Origin: Carpediemonas membranifera BICM
Taxonomy: Eukaryota > Protista > Fornicata
Assembly: GCA_019828565.1 (NCBI GenBank)
Contig: JAHDYR010000012.1
Coordinates: 1 to 64,000, forward strand
Direction: 5' to 3'
DNA length: 64,000 bases
Shown here: one piece after another, positions 25,566 to 37,123 of the stretch
Layout: the number at the start of each line of letters is the position of its first letter
Position numbering within the stretch: the first letter of the stretch is position 1
Notes under the pieces: model-generated
What the model saw: only the letters and a program-made list of their open reading frames with translations
Told to the model about the DNA's origin: nothing
Databases searched by the model: none
Translations under genes and position numbers: made by a program

Positions 25566-26671
25566 ATGTCGCCGTCAACTCATTTGATGTCGGACAACAC
25601 AGCCGTAGAGGCCGTTCTGAAGGAAATTCGTGCCAAAATCACCGAACTTGGTGATGACGATCTGGCTAGGCCACTTATTGTTGCCCATACGTCCGTTTGT
25701 CGTTCCCTTCGCGCTCAGAAGTATCGTGGACGCAAGCGCATGGTCACCGACAATCTGTAAGTAACAAACATCAACCGTGAGGTTATATAGTCACCGCGTG
25801 CAAGCCTCAGAACGCATCACTCGCACCCTGACGATGACGACTCTGATGCCCCACGACATCAAGGCCGAGGTTGCCCGACGCCTGGAAGGTTACACCAACT
25901 CCATCGAGCTGCCGCTCCAGCGAATCTTTGACGCTATTGAGCAAGGTCGTCTGAACGACGCAGCCGTAGTGCAGGACGTGAAGCTGACCCAGCAGGTCTT
26001 GGCTCTCGTGGCTCACTGCCAGGTCGCGCTTGCCGGTGTGAGGGCCCACCTCAAGCTCGGCAGGAAGCGCTTGACCGATGGCGACATCGTGTCGGCCGCG
26101 ATCCGGGGCCGCGACATCACGCTGGGTGGGTCTTCGCCCGGTAATGGTCACTACTCTGCAGCTCTCGTGGCGGCTGTGCGGACTGCCGGCGGGGTCAAGT
26201 CGGACACTACAGCGCGCGGATATCTTAACCGCCTGTTGGTCCTCGTCCTCGCACCGGACTACTTCCGTGTCGCTGTCTACGGCATCAGCCGGCGCATCCC
26301 GGCTCCCAACGACTTCTGGGCAACCCTGGTCAGCCGCTTGTGCCACGACGGCTACCTGCCCGCCATTGGCGATGAGGCTCACTGGGAGCCGCTTCAGGTC
26401 TCTGATCCGGACCGCTACTACACTGTCACGTGCGTAGTCCGTCACGAGTATCTGAAGACGACTTGTGGTCCCGGGTCTTTTTGTGTTGATCCTGCAGTAT
26501 GACGGATACTCGGGACTCAGCATCGTGTCCCTCAACGCTGATCTCTGCCTTGTCCGGTGTGTGCGAGAGTACTTGGCTGAGAACGCCCTTGAGCGCCACG
26601 CTGACCCGACTTGGTTGGTCGAGCTGACGGACACGGAGGAGACGGAAGACGAGGAATCTAGCTCTGAATAA
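25566..26671 (+). CDS. Antisense accessory gene inside element D, probably spliced; function unknown
   Basis: Three consecutive + ORFs; a GTAAGT...TATAG 34-nt intron (25757-25790) joins ORF1 to ORF2 in frame; a possible second intron 26434-26497 (GT...CTGCAG) joins ORF3 in frame. Confidence 0.55.
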
Positions 26672-26713
26672 ATCGTTTGTTCCTCGAGGATACAGCTTCG
26701 ATGTTGAGAAGTT

Positions 26714-29599
26714 TTACAGACCGTCACGCTTGGCTTGGTCAGACTTCAAATATGTATCGAGGGCTTCCAAATCTTTGACGTGCGAATAAGGTTCGAATGA
26801 AGCCTCTGAATCCTCGAATCCGACCCAGTGTACGAGGTACTCGCGCCTTGACTTGGGGCCCGAGCCTCTAGAGCGTGAGATGCGCTCGACATGCCACTCA
26901 TCGACGGAAGCGGCTGCGAGGTCATAGATCTGTTGCTCCGAGAGCTTGCCTGGGTCAAATCTTCGCACACGTGCCGCGTCTACCTTGATAGTTGGACCGT
27001 CCGCTGACTGACTGAGGTCTTGGACCTCATATGCGACGACAACACCATCACGTTTGACGGCTGCGACACGCCTCATGGGGCCGCGCCAGCCCGGGGCTAG
27101 CTTGCTCGGTGGTCTTGGGTAGTATTTGACCAGCACGAAACGGCTCAATATCTCGCTTCTCGATGAGGTTGCCTTTGCGAGAGCGTCTTCGCGCATGGCT
27201 CTAATCCTTGCTTTGGCGAGTTGGATGGCGGCATCGGCTGCGGCTAGCTTCGACTGTGGCGGACCAGCCGAGGCGGCATCCGTGATATAGATCGATGACG
27301 GTATTGATAAATTGGCGCCAAACATGATCTCGGCCGGAGTCAACCGGGTCGGGATCCTGGGCATTGAGTTGACCAAGAATTGGGCGACTGGTAGGTGTGC
27401 TACCCAATCGTTATTCCTTAACTCCAGCTTCCTGGCTCTGAGGATGCGTTCGACCTCCTTGTTCGCGCGTTCGACGACACCGTTGCTCTGGGGATGGTAT
27501 GCTGTCGTTATGTGGACGTCGAACCCCATCTCTTCGGAGAGGCGTTTGAACAGAGCGTTTTTGAACTCTGAGCCCCCATCCGATTGGACGACTTCGGGGC
27601 ATCCGTATCGTAGAATCCAGGTGTTGACCAATGCGTTGGTAAGGTAAGGTAACCAGCGGGAGCACATGTCGATCATTACTGTCACGTAGGACAGGCCGTT
27701 GACCGTCGGTAGCGGACCCATGGTGTCAATGGCCACACGCCGGAACGGGAGGTCTACAGCTGTATGCAGGCCGTCGGGCGTATCAACAGGAGGGCGGGCC
27801 AAGACTTGGCACTCTGGACACGCGGTAATCACGTCGTCTACGACTTGACGGGAGACAGACAAACCGTCGGCCCTAAGTTGCTCGGTTGTCATCCGGCGAG
27901 ACAGATGAGCTCCTGCTGTGAGATGAGCGCGGGATACCTGATCCCTCGACGCCTGTTGCATGGAGAATACTCTCGAGAGACCGTCGGCTCCACCGTTGTC
28001 CAGACCGGCGATGTGCTGTAGGGTGAAATCTAAATCGGCGATCGAATCAGCCCACCGGCGGACCTTGGCGTTGGTGGACCGGTACATATAGAGTAGGTTC
28101 CGGTGATCCGTGAGAATAGTAAAGCTCTCCCAGCACAGGAACTTGCGCCATCGTTGTAACGCTGCCACGATAGCGTAGGCTTCTTTCTCACCGGTACACC
28201 AGCGTGACTGGACGTCGTTGAACGCACGCGACATATAGCAAACTGGTCGGCCCTCTTGGAGTAAGACTGCTCCGTACCCGACATCGGATGCGTCAGTCAT
28301 GACGGTGTGAGGCTTAGTCGCGTCGAACATGGCTAGAGCGTCGGCCGAACATAAAGCTTGTTTCAGATCGTCCAGCGACTTCTGAAGAACGTCTCGAGGG
28401 GGTCTGCCGACCGGACATGGCGTCTAGCAGAGGCTTAGCTCGGACCGCGAAGTTGGGTATGTAATCGCGGAAATAGTTGAGGAATCCGTTGAGACCCTGC
28501 ATGCCCTTCGTGGATGAAGACAGCTTGAGGTTCGCGATATCTTCGGTCCGCTGGGGTGAGATCTTCACGCTGCCTTGGGATATGATCCACCCGAGGAACT
28601 CGACCTCTTGCCGACCGAACTGGCACTTATCTCGGCCGAGCTGAAGGTTAAGCTTGTCAACGCGTTGCATGACTTTTTCGAGGTTTCCCAGGTACTCGTC
28701 CTCATCCGCACCCATGACGATGATGTCATCAATGTATATGACACAGGCGGAGCCCACCAGACCCTTGAACCCGTCTTCCATCGCCCTCTGGAAGTACGCT
28801 CCGGCGTTACGTAAGCCGAAGGGCATCCGTGTATATTGGTATTGACCAAAAACAGTACGGAAGGCGGTTAGGTGACGGCACCGTTCAGTAAGAGGGATCT
28901 GATGGTATCCTGCTGACAAGTCTAGGGTAGCGAACACAGACTTTCCGGACAGTTGAGTGAGAACTTCGTCTATGCGAGGATGGGGTAGTCGAATGGTTCC
29001 GTTAGTTGATTGATCTCGCGGAAGTCGACGACAAAACGCGTCTTTCCCCCCTTCTTTGGAACTATGATGGTAGGGCTCGCGTATTGAGACTGGCATGCCT
29101 CGATGTAGCGCTTTGCCAGGAGCGTATTAATGTGCTCTTGAATGATCGGGACTTTCGGCGGGGGAACATAGTACGGCCGAATGTGTACGACTCTGTCGCC
29201 CTTGAGGACCAAATCATACGGTTCGAGCCGGCTTGGCTCGGTACGGTCCACGAATGTCCGGGCGTAACGCTTGAGGATGTCGGCCTGCCTCTGAGAAAAG
29301 GAAGAGGACATGGCTCTGGCTTGCGCGACGTACTTCTCGAATGTAGGTGGTTCGTCGCTGGCTGCGAGCTCGCTGGTAGGCTCAGACAACGAAGGGAGAA
29401 GGCCGATCTCCACCATCTGAGGGTAACCCAGGCATACATCGAAAGCGGTCGACAGGACGTAGGCCTTAATAGTGATAGAGCATCCGCGCGGAGTGAATGG
29501 CGAGGGCGCTAAGACGAGGCGGAAGGATACCTGACCATCGGCCTCTCTGACGCCGCCCACTGTCTCGATAAGTGTCTTCTCGTGTGAGATCCACTTCAC
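26714..29599 (-). pseudogene. pol of element D (RT, RNase H, integrase, chromodomain), frameshifted
   Basis: LDLSAGYHQ, YIDD, TDASD, IDTMGP...QSDGGSEF...GVVER, WHVERI...YLVHWVGF. Confidence 0.93.
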
Positions 29600-30618
29600 T
29601 GCCTTGCCTTGGCAGAGCTTGGGTCAATGGTTGCGCAGTCAGCGCCCGAGTCGAACAGGACGGACACGACTTGCTTAAGAATGCTAGCCTTGACGGAGGG
29701 GAGGACACTCTGACGGGAACCGAGAGAAAACACACAACGAGCTGAATTTACCTCAGAACGGCAGAATTCAGCTCGGTGGCCCGGCTTCTGGCACTTGGAA
29801 CAGGTTGTCTTCGGAGCAGGGCATCGGCGAGCGGAGTGACCGACCTTACCGCAGTTGAAGCACACGAATGGCTTCTTCTCGTGCTTGGGCTTGTCGATCG
29901 GCTTGCCTTTTGAGGGGGCTACGTTCGTGCGGTCAGGCTCGCGTCGATGAGGGTTCTTCGGACCGCTCCCCGTGTGCCGTGTATGGGAGGGCGTGGTGTT
30001 GGTACGCTGTGAGTCGGAGACCCCCGCAGCGCCGAAGGAAGCGATCATCTCCTTGGACTCCTTGAGGTCGCGTGACATGACGAGGACATCAGCCATTGCG
30101 TCCTTGAGATCCTTGCGCTCCGTTGATTCTCTGACTCGATACATGATGCGACTGTTGTTGGGGAACTTGAAGCAGCGGCTGTACGTCTCCTTCAAGACGT
30201 CCTCGGGATCTTCGGGTTGAACGAGCTTCAAGAGCAGATTGAATCGGCGGTTCACTCGAGCAACCTCATCAGGCTCGAAGGACTTGGCGGGGACTCGGAA
30301 GAGCTGTAGACGCATGCTCGGGCGAGAAGGTCGAAGGGCAGCACCGAGGCGCTTGAGGACTCGTTCATCTTGGGCTGCGACACGACGTTTCTTACGGAGC
30401 TTCGCGGAGAGCAGGAGAGGAGTGTCTTCAACCTCTTCGTCGTCGTTAAGGCCTGCTAGCTCTGCTATGCTAGGCTCGATGAGGTCAATAACATCATCGC
30501 GGCCGCCTAAGGCGCGATGATCGTGGAGGTTATCCGCAAAGTCCAAAAGAGCGTCCATGGAGGACTTCTTCAGGAGAGGCGGATTCTTCTTCAGGCTTCT
30601 GTAAGTTTCCGTACCCAT
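29596..30618 (-). CDS. gag (two CCHC knuckles) plus protease start of element D
   Basis: CFNCGKVGHSARRC, CSKCQKPGHRAEFC, LFDSGA. Confidence 0.92.
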   Translation of the reverse strand: MGTETYRSLKKNPPLLKKSSMDALLDFADNLHDHRALGGRDDVIDLIEPSIAELAGLNDDEEVEDTPLLLSAKLRKKRRVAAQDERVLKRLGAALRPSRPSMRLQLFRVPAKSFEPDEVARVNRRFNLLLKLVQPEDPEDVLKETYSRCFKFPNNSRIMYRVRESTERKDLKDAMADVLVMSRDLKESKEMIASFGAAGVSDSQRTNTTPSHTRHTGSGPKNPHRREPDRTNVAPSKGKPIDKPKHEKKPFVCFNCGKVGHSARRCPAPKTTCSKCQKPGHRAEFCRSEVNSARCVFSLGSRQSVLPSVKASILKQVVSVLFDSGADCATIDPSSAKARQ

Positions 30619-31436
30619 ATGTTTTGGTAGTACTAGTACTGTGGTTCAATGGGTGTTGAACTTTTTACTGAGGAGAAGACTCGACACAAGGGTGTCGAGG
30701 AGAAACTCCTTGACTATTAAATATAACGTAAATCTGTGTAACTTTGGGTAGGACCCACAACAGTGCGGAGGTTCCCGTCTGGGACGAACTTCTCACTGGT
30801 CAGGATGCTTCTCTCGGCCTCGACTCCCTTAGCCACGATGTGGACGTGGGTCTTCTGTGGCCCCGAGTCGTCTTCCAGTCTTCTCAGCTCTGTACATACT
30901 GGTTTTCACGAAGGAACGGTTCCCCTTTAAAGTGGAACCGTTCCCCATTTCAGACATTTTTTTCACAACAAGGCTGAGTAGAATCTTCTAAGTGGTATAC
31001 ATGCACTCCCCTACCAGTAAGAAGCATGCATACCAACTTTCAAATTCTAAATCCTGCTAGAAAAAAGTAACATAGGGACAAATATTCCTTGGGAGTTCAG
31101 ACTCAAAAATCGGGCAGGGGGGAGGAAATGGTCCATAAGTACGCCTTATGGGTCGCTTCCTCCCCTCTGCCCTATTTTTATTGACTTCTGATTTGCCAGA
31201 TTTGACACATGTTCGAGGTGAGTCTTAGATTACTCAATATGGCCTCCTGATTCAGTAGATAGACTCCAAAATGTCCAACTCGTACTCAAAACCAATTTAA
31301 ACAGACGTCTGTTGCAAAATCTGCCAAAAACGCACTTTAAAGTCATTTTTGCAACAGACGTCTGTGGAAATGGTCTTTAAGCTCTCTGCTGCCGATTTGA
31401 CACAACTACACAAGACTAACTACAGTAATACGTACA

Positions 31437-32347
31437 TTGCCGACATTAGCGGTACTGAACTGTATGACACTTCGCCTGACACATGAAAAGACGATACTTC
31501 AGGCAATGAAAAGCCCATTTATTGTCACAATCGTCGATGAGGGCTTTGTTGACAGCGATCAAGCGTTTGCCACTCCCTTTGTTGACCACATGTCGTGGCG
31601 AGACGTTCTGGCACTACCAGTACCGGATCAATGTCGCTACTTGCGGCACTTACTGTTAGCTCTCAGCCATGTGCATGAGAACGGATTCATCCACGGCGAC
31701 GTCAAGCCCGACAACTACCTTTTCAACCTAGAAGACGGTGGATTACTCATTGACTTCGGCTCTGCCATCAAAATAGAGGCTCCTACTGGGATTAACAGGT
31801 ATATGGGACAAGACATGAGAGGGACACCTGGTTTTATCCCCCCCGAGCTTCGGTGCCGACGAGCTCAGTCGGAAATCGAAGCATTGTACAGTAGCTATGC
31901 GGGAACCACAGAATTTGAACCCCTTACAGGCTTCCAGGAACACCACAACCAAAAACACCAACATGCACACAGTTGATGCGGCATACGACATCTTTTCCTG
32001 CGGCGTTATCGTCCTCACAATGGCATTGAGACTGGATAAGTCTCCATTTCGATCTGTGCGAGTGGATGGTGGCAAGCCAAGTAACCCAGACGAGCATATT
32101 GGCGCTCTATATAACATGGCGTACTTCTATGGCCGCGGAATCAAGATACACAACAAGAAGAAGAATGCAGCCCGTGGTTTGATGGTCAATCCGACTCTCT
32201 GCACGAGAGGAAGCCCTCCGATACCGTATAGGAGCCTTTACGACCTTGCAATGGGGATGCTCAGCTATAATCCGGAGGATAGACCCATAGCTTTGATGTG
32301 CGCTGAACATCTCAACGATATCGCCGCCCTAGCAGTAACGTTCGCAT
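31437..32347 (+). pseudogene. Ser/Thr protein kinase, paralog of 16945-18219; frameshifted and cut by LTR E
   Basis: IHGDVKPDNYLF, LIDFGS, GTPGFIPPE, DIFSCGV, YNPEDRP. Confidence 0.88.
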
Positions 32348-33078
32348 TGTTGTGGGTCCTACCCAAAGTTAAACAGATTTACGTTATATTTAATAGTCAA
32401 GGAGTTTCTCCTCGACACCCTTGTGTCGAGCTCTCTTCTCCTGTAAAAGTTATTCGGTCCTAAACGACCACAGTACTAGTACTACCCTGTTTGGAACGAA
32501 TACTTTCAAGGATAGAAAGCCTCCGCTGCTCAAAAGATCATCCATGGATGCCCTACTCGAGTTCGCGGATCACCTACAAGATCATCGGGCCCTTGGCGGC
32601 CGCGACAATATCACTGACCTAGTGGAGCCCAGCATTGCAGAGCTCGCAGGCTTGCACACCAACGACAGTGAAGAGGAGCAGGATTACATCCCCCTATTGG
32701 TGTCTACGTCCCGCCGAAAAAAGCAACGCATCGCTGCCCAGGACGATCGCGTCCTCAAGCGTCTAGGTTCCGCGCTCCGCCCTTCTCGTCCCAGCATGCG
32801 CCTTCAACTCTTCCGAATGCAGGCAAGAACCTTCGAACCTGACGAGGTAGCCCGCATCAACCGCCGCTTCAAGCTACTGCTTCGCCTTTTCCAGCCAGAT
32901 GATCCTGACGACGTCTTGAAGGAAGCCTACTGCCGCGCCTTCAAGTTCCAGTCGAACAATCGCATTATGTATCGCCTCAAGGAGGCTGCCGAGCGCAAAG
33001 ACCTGAAAGAAGCTATGGCTGACACCCTCATCATGGCCCGCGACCTTCATGAGTCGAAGGACATGCTAGCTTCCTTTG
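32348..33078 (+). mobile_element. Gypsy element E (relative of D): 5' LTR 32348-32472 and gag truncated by the TIR transposon
   Basis: First ~90 nt of the LTR nearly identical to the D LTR; palindrome AGTACTAGTACT at 32472-32483; gag closely similar to 29596-30618. Confidence 0.92.
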
Positions 33079-34279
33079 CATGCTGTCTGGAGGGGGTGTA
33101 TGGGTGGCAGTATACACCTACGGAACAGAGGGGCTCTGTCAAAAATGTCCGATTTAGAACGTCTTACTCTGGCACCATGTAGCCCCCTTCCTGATGCACC
33201 TTTGAGCACGTGCTTGGCCTGCGATAATTACTTGGCGTCCCGTAAAGCCCAAAAATTAATCAAATCGTCATCAAATGCGAATTAAAGATGCTGATATTGC
33301 TCATGAAACGACTCTGCTGATTAGCTGGGACTCTACGCGGCGATATGGCATGGCAAGTCTCTACACTTTGGAGACAATTCGGTCCCATGGTTCCTACCTT
33401 GACCTACGTTGTCTCGCGCGCGGGAGGTACTCACTGAAAGGATATATCAACACTGGGGAGCAGAAAAAAAGGCACAGCGAGATGCAGGCGCTGTTGCTGA
33501 GCTCATTTTCCGGATAAGACCCGTTTTTGTCACCTCAACCCATTCATATTGGCGGCTGTTGCTTCGTTTTTGATCAAATCAAATGGAAACCAAAACGAGA
33601 TCCGGGAAACGAGGATGATTGGGAGAGATAGACACATCATAAGGTCTTTAATATAGTAATGCACCGTCAATGAGAAGTTCTTGGTTCCTGAAATGGATTA
33701 TTGATTCCAATCGCTTTTCTTTGAGGATAACGCATTTATAGCGGTGATTTCCACACAATTCATCCAAATACTGATCAAACCACCAGAACTGCAAGTAAAA
33801 TTGGTATAGATCGTTTATCCACGGAGATAGCAAATGCTCCCAATCCCAGCTTACAAGAAAAAAAGTTAAGGGGCTGTATTGGGGCTTGCACTGATATCTC
33901 TATATATGCCGACACAGTCACTGGGCTGCCCATCACTGAACAGCTCTAGCCCAATACAAAAACATGAGGGCTCGAAGTTTTGGCCTTCTCGGAAAAGGGT
34001 GGCGGAACGCTGCAACACTGCAATGCTAATGGACAGAGGGGAGGAAGTGGTCCACAGGTATGTCCTATGGGTCGCTTCTTCCCCTCTGTCCATTTTTTTA
34101 CACGATATCGATTTGCCGGATTTGACACATGTTGTGCGATCTTTAACTCCTCGCGTCCAAGCACCTCTCCCAAACGATCTGCAAGATCGACCAGCCCCTG
34201 GATCACTTGGGCCTGCCTCCGTGCCCGGCCTGTTGCGATCAATCATGTTGATTAATTGCAACGAACGCGATCACCGGAA

Positions 34280-36997
34280 ATGGCGACTTTGGCTTCCGAG
34301 ACGGAGATTATTAATACAGTGCATGGCATTGTCATGTATTCAGGCGCATGCTCGCTCAAGGTTCTCTTGGCGGTGCTGGAAGCGAAGATTGTTACCAAAT
34401 GTACAGTTTCCGGCCGTCCGCGTCTCGATGAGGCGTCTGTTCAAAGATTTTTGGACGTTTCGTTGGCTGTTTCTCGGAATCCGCGCTTCATTCTTACTCC
34501 TGCTCTTGAAACCGCTTTGGAGGCGAGAAATTTTCGTGGCGTCCAAAGATTTCTAAGCACAAAAAATGTTGACCTCACTCTTGCAGCTTTCATCCCCAGT
34601 TCCCTCCAGTCAACGACAGTCACAGAGTTCTTGGAGGCATTTGCTGCGATAGCTTCGGTCGACTTAGGCGCCAATAAGTATGACCGCCTGCGTCGCGTTT
34701 ATAATCACCTTTCACAGGCGATGAACGTCGCCGATCGAGTTCCACAACTCCCACCGGCGAATCCCCTCAAGGATATTGGCCCGAGTCTTCTTGATTACGG
34801 CCCACTGAACCGAAATCTCCGCGATCCAGCCTTGGTCACTGATATGGCAGCATACACACCGGCCAGCCTTATCTTTGACGGATTTAGCGGCTTGTCTATG
34901 GTCAACCCTGATACTGCTGCGTTTTCTGGTCTCCCTGTGACTGTTGCGTCAGACAACAGCATAAAAATCGCTTGTCAGCAGGAGCAGACGACTTCCATCC
35001 TCAGCCTCTTCCGCACTGACGAATATTTGGTCTCTGAGCATGTTTTCCACCACGAGAAGTTCTCAGTAGGGGGTTCAGGTGTCCTTATTCTGTCGCCATA
35101 CGAGGGTCAAATTGACGCAGTCTGCCAGCGTCTCTCAGCGAACGACGTCGTGTTCCGCCGGTATCATAACAGTCGCCATGAGTATGCATCTAGCCTGACA
35201 TACAACCTTCGGAAATGGATCATATTCGCTCTCGACAATCCCGCTTCAGTCGAACGTGCCAAAAACAGCTTCACTGTCGCGAAGACGGCAATGCGAAACT
35301 CGGTAGATTCCTCTTCTGCGAGTGCGAAGACGATCCAGCTATTTGTCTGGATTGACGGTTACCGCAAGGCCTCCACGGCGGTCAAGGTCAGACTCTATGA
35401 CTCCTCCGGCAAAGTTCTCCCGCAGCTGATCACTCCTCCCTATACGATTTATCAGTACAGTGGAGATGAGGGTGACCTCCACAAACACTCAGCCGTCATC
35501 GAGAATCTCATCCGCCAGGCGACGACAATCTCTTACGATAAGTGTTTCATGATGCCCAACTGTACAGTTAAGGTGGAACTTACTGCGATACTGGCAGACC
35601 ACAAGGCCATGCAGATCATCTGCGGGGTGAGCAAGGGCGGATACAGCAGGTCGCCGTTCTCGGCAATTGAATTTCCCCTTCTGCCAAGAAACCCGTACGA
35701 TGCGTTCTGTAGCCGGCTGACTCTGGGACAGACCGTGCAGGGCCGAACCACCTTACTCAATGGTGAACACCAGACGACCCTGTTTCATAGTCTGGATAAT
35801 GGCCAGGTCCAGACACCACTATTCTGCCACTACGATAACGACACGAGACAATTTTACGTCAATTCTCCCAGTCTGAGTCAAGTCATCGTCTGCCCTCCAG
35901 TGATGCACGTCAGCCACGAGCTCATGAGGCAGATGTGGGTTCTACTGGAACGATTCACTCCAGCTGTTCGCGGCAACCACCTGCAGACCCATATCGATGC
36001 TGCCTTCACCCGCACGACGGGATGCAACGAACAGAGTTGGAATAGACACCGTCTTGCCGTTCTGTCCAACGATTACCTCCACAGCTTTGATGAAACTCTC
36101 CGCCCCTTCATTCTGATCATCAGTCATCTCCAGGCTCTGCTCTACTCCAAGGCGCCCGTGACGGATTATACTGTTCGCAAGCTGTTTTTCATGGGGATGG
36201 TTACTTTCTACTTCTTCCATGTCTCGACCCTGGTCTTACCGACTGCCCAGCAGCCTCGGAACCGCAACAACCATGACGCCCAGGAACCTGAAGCCGGTAG
36301 AGATGTTCGGCAGAAGCCCTACCTCCGCTACGACACGGGCGATTTTGCAGGGTCGTTATACATGCACGACCTGATTGCAGTTTTGCCAGAAGTGTGCCAC
36401 AGGCTGCGCATTCCACTCTTCAATCTCCTGGAGGAGTACTTCGAGCGAGACTTTTTGCTCGACGCAATTGTTCACAGAGAGAAGCATCGTGTGAGAACGC
36501 TGCTGTACAACTGTCAGAAGCTGCAGGTCAGGCGGTTGACAGCCTTTATCACTGGCGTTCGGACGTCTCGAAAGCACACAGACGTTGCGCCACTGCAGAC
36601 TCACGTCAACCGGATTCGTCTTCACAAATGTCTGTGGGATGCCAGTTCTGCATTCAGCTGGCGAAACCGCATGTTTGGGACTTCCAAAGAGGTGAATGAC
36701 AATTTCAAAGGTTCCGTTCAGGACACTCTAGCAGCTTTACGTGACGGTCTTCAGCAGCATCTCAACAATGCCGTCCCTGACTCGTTTATAACTGATGGTG
36801 ACTATCTCACATGCGTTGTAGGAGACCACCATGATGAGAACTCTACTTGTACAGTCTGTATCTGCCAACGTCCATCTGATCCTGGGGTGCGGCCCGACGC
36901 ACGGCAGTCACGCCAACAGCAAGCCGACCTTGATCAACGTCGCGCGTTGATTTCAGACGATGAGATCCAATTTCAGCAGCGGAGGGCACGGATGTAG
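34280..36997 (+). CDS. DDE transposase, Transib/RAG1/CMC-like (905 aa)
   Basis: Ordered motifs FVWIDGY (D, 35354), LADHKAMQIICG (D, 35597), PPVMH (35906), LYMHDL...P (36365), LLEEYFE (E, 36443) parallel RAG1-core SCDG / GYDEK...G / DALH / NYFHK...P / SEGNE; intact ORF next to the left TIR. Confidence 0.75.
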   Translation: MATLASETEIINTVHGIVMYSGACSLKVLLAVLEAKIVTKCTVSGRPRLDEASVQRFLDVSLAVSRNPRFILTPALETALEARNFRGVQRFLSTKNVDLTLAAFIPSSLQSTTVTEFLEAFAAIASVDLGANKYDRLRRVYNHLSQAMNVADRVPQLPPANPLKDIGPSLLDYGPLNRNLRDPALVTDMAAYTPASLIFDGFSGLSMVNPDTAAFSGLPVTVASDNSIKIACQQEQTTSILSLFRTDEYLVSEHVFHHEKFSVGGSGVLILSPYEGQIDAVCQRLSANDVVFRRYHNSRHEYASSLTYNLRKWIIFALDNPASVERAKNSFTVAKTAMRNSVDSSSASAKTIQLFVWIDGYRKASTAVKVRLYDSSGKVLPQLITPPYTIYQYSGDEGDLHKHSAVIENLIRQATTISYDKCFMMPNCTVKVELTAILADHKAMQIICGVSKGGYSRSPFSAIEFPLLPRNPYDAFCSRLTLGQTVQGRTTLLNGEHQTTLFHSLDNGQVQTPLFCHYDNDTRQFYVNSPSLSQVIVCPPVMHVSHELMRQMWVLLERFTPAVRGNHLQTHIDAAFTRTTGCNEQSWNRHRLAVLSNDYLHSFDETLRPFILIISHLQALLYSKAPVTDYTVRKLFFMGMVTFYFFHVSTLVLPTAQQPRNRNNHDAQEPEAGRDVRQKPYLRYDTGDFAGSLYMHDLIAVLPEVCHRLRIPLFNLLEEYFERDFLLDAIVHREKHRVRTLLYNCQKLQVRRLTAFITGVRTSRKHTDVAPLQTHVNRIRLHKCLWDASSAFSWRNRMFGTSKEVNDNFKGSVQDTLAALRDGLQQHLNNAVPDSFITDGDYLTCVVGDHHDENSTCTVCICQRPSDPGVRPDARQSRQQQADLDQRRALISDDEIQFQQRRARM

Positions 36998-37123
36998 TAT
37001 TTCTATCCAGTCCAGAGGGTGAGAACGAAGTAAAAGTTTGATTGACACGAAAATGCACGTATCCCGAACCACGAAGATGTAGTATGGTGACCTTTTAACG
37101 CACAGAGTAGACTGAAACTTCCC

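Larger units (their letters stand above)
24848..30762 (-). mobile_element. Full-length Ty3/Gypsy element D (5.9 kb) with an extra 1.7-kb region before the 3' LTR
   Basis: 123-bp LTRs at 24848-24970 and 30640-30762; GTGC TSD; PPT at 24971-24980; palindrome AGTACTAGTACT at 30629-30640. Confidence 0.97.

Noticed and set aside
20440-29600. Multiple pol frameshifts as programmed recoding
   Set aside because: They fall at scattered positions inside conserved domains, often in short homopolymers, in elements with near-identical LTRs; consensus indel errors or decay are more likely
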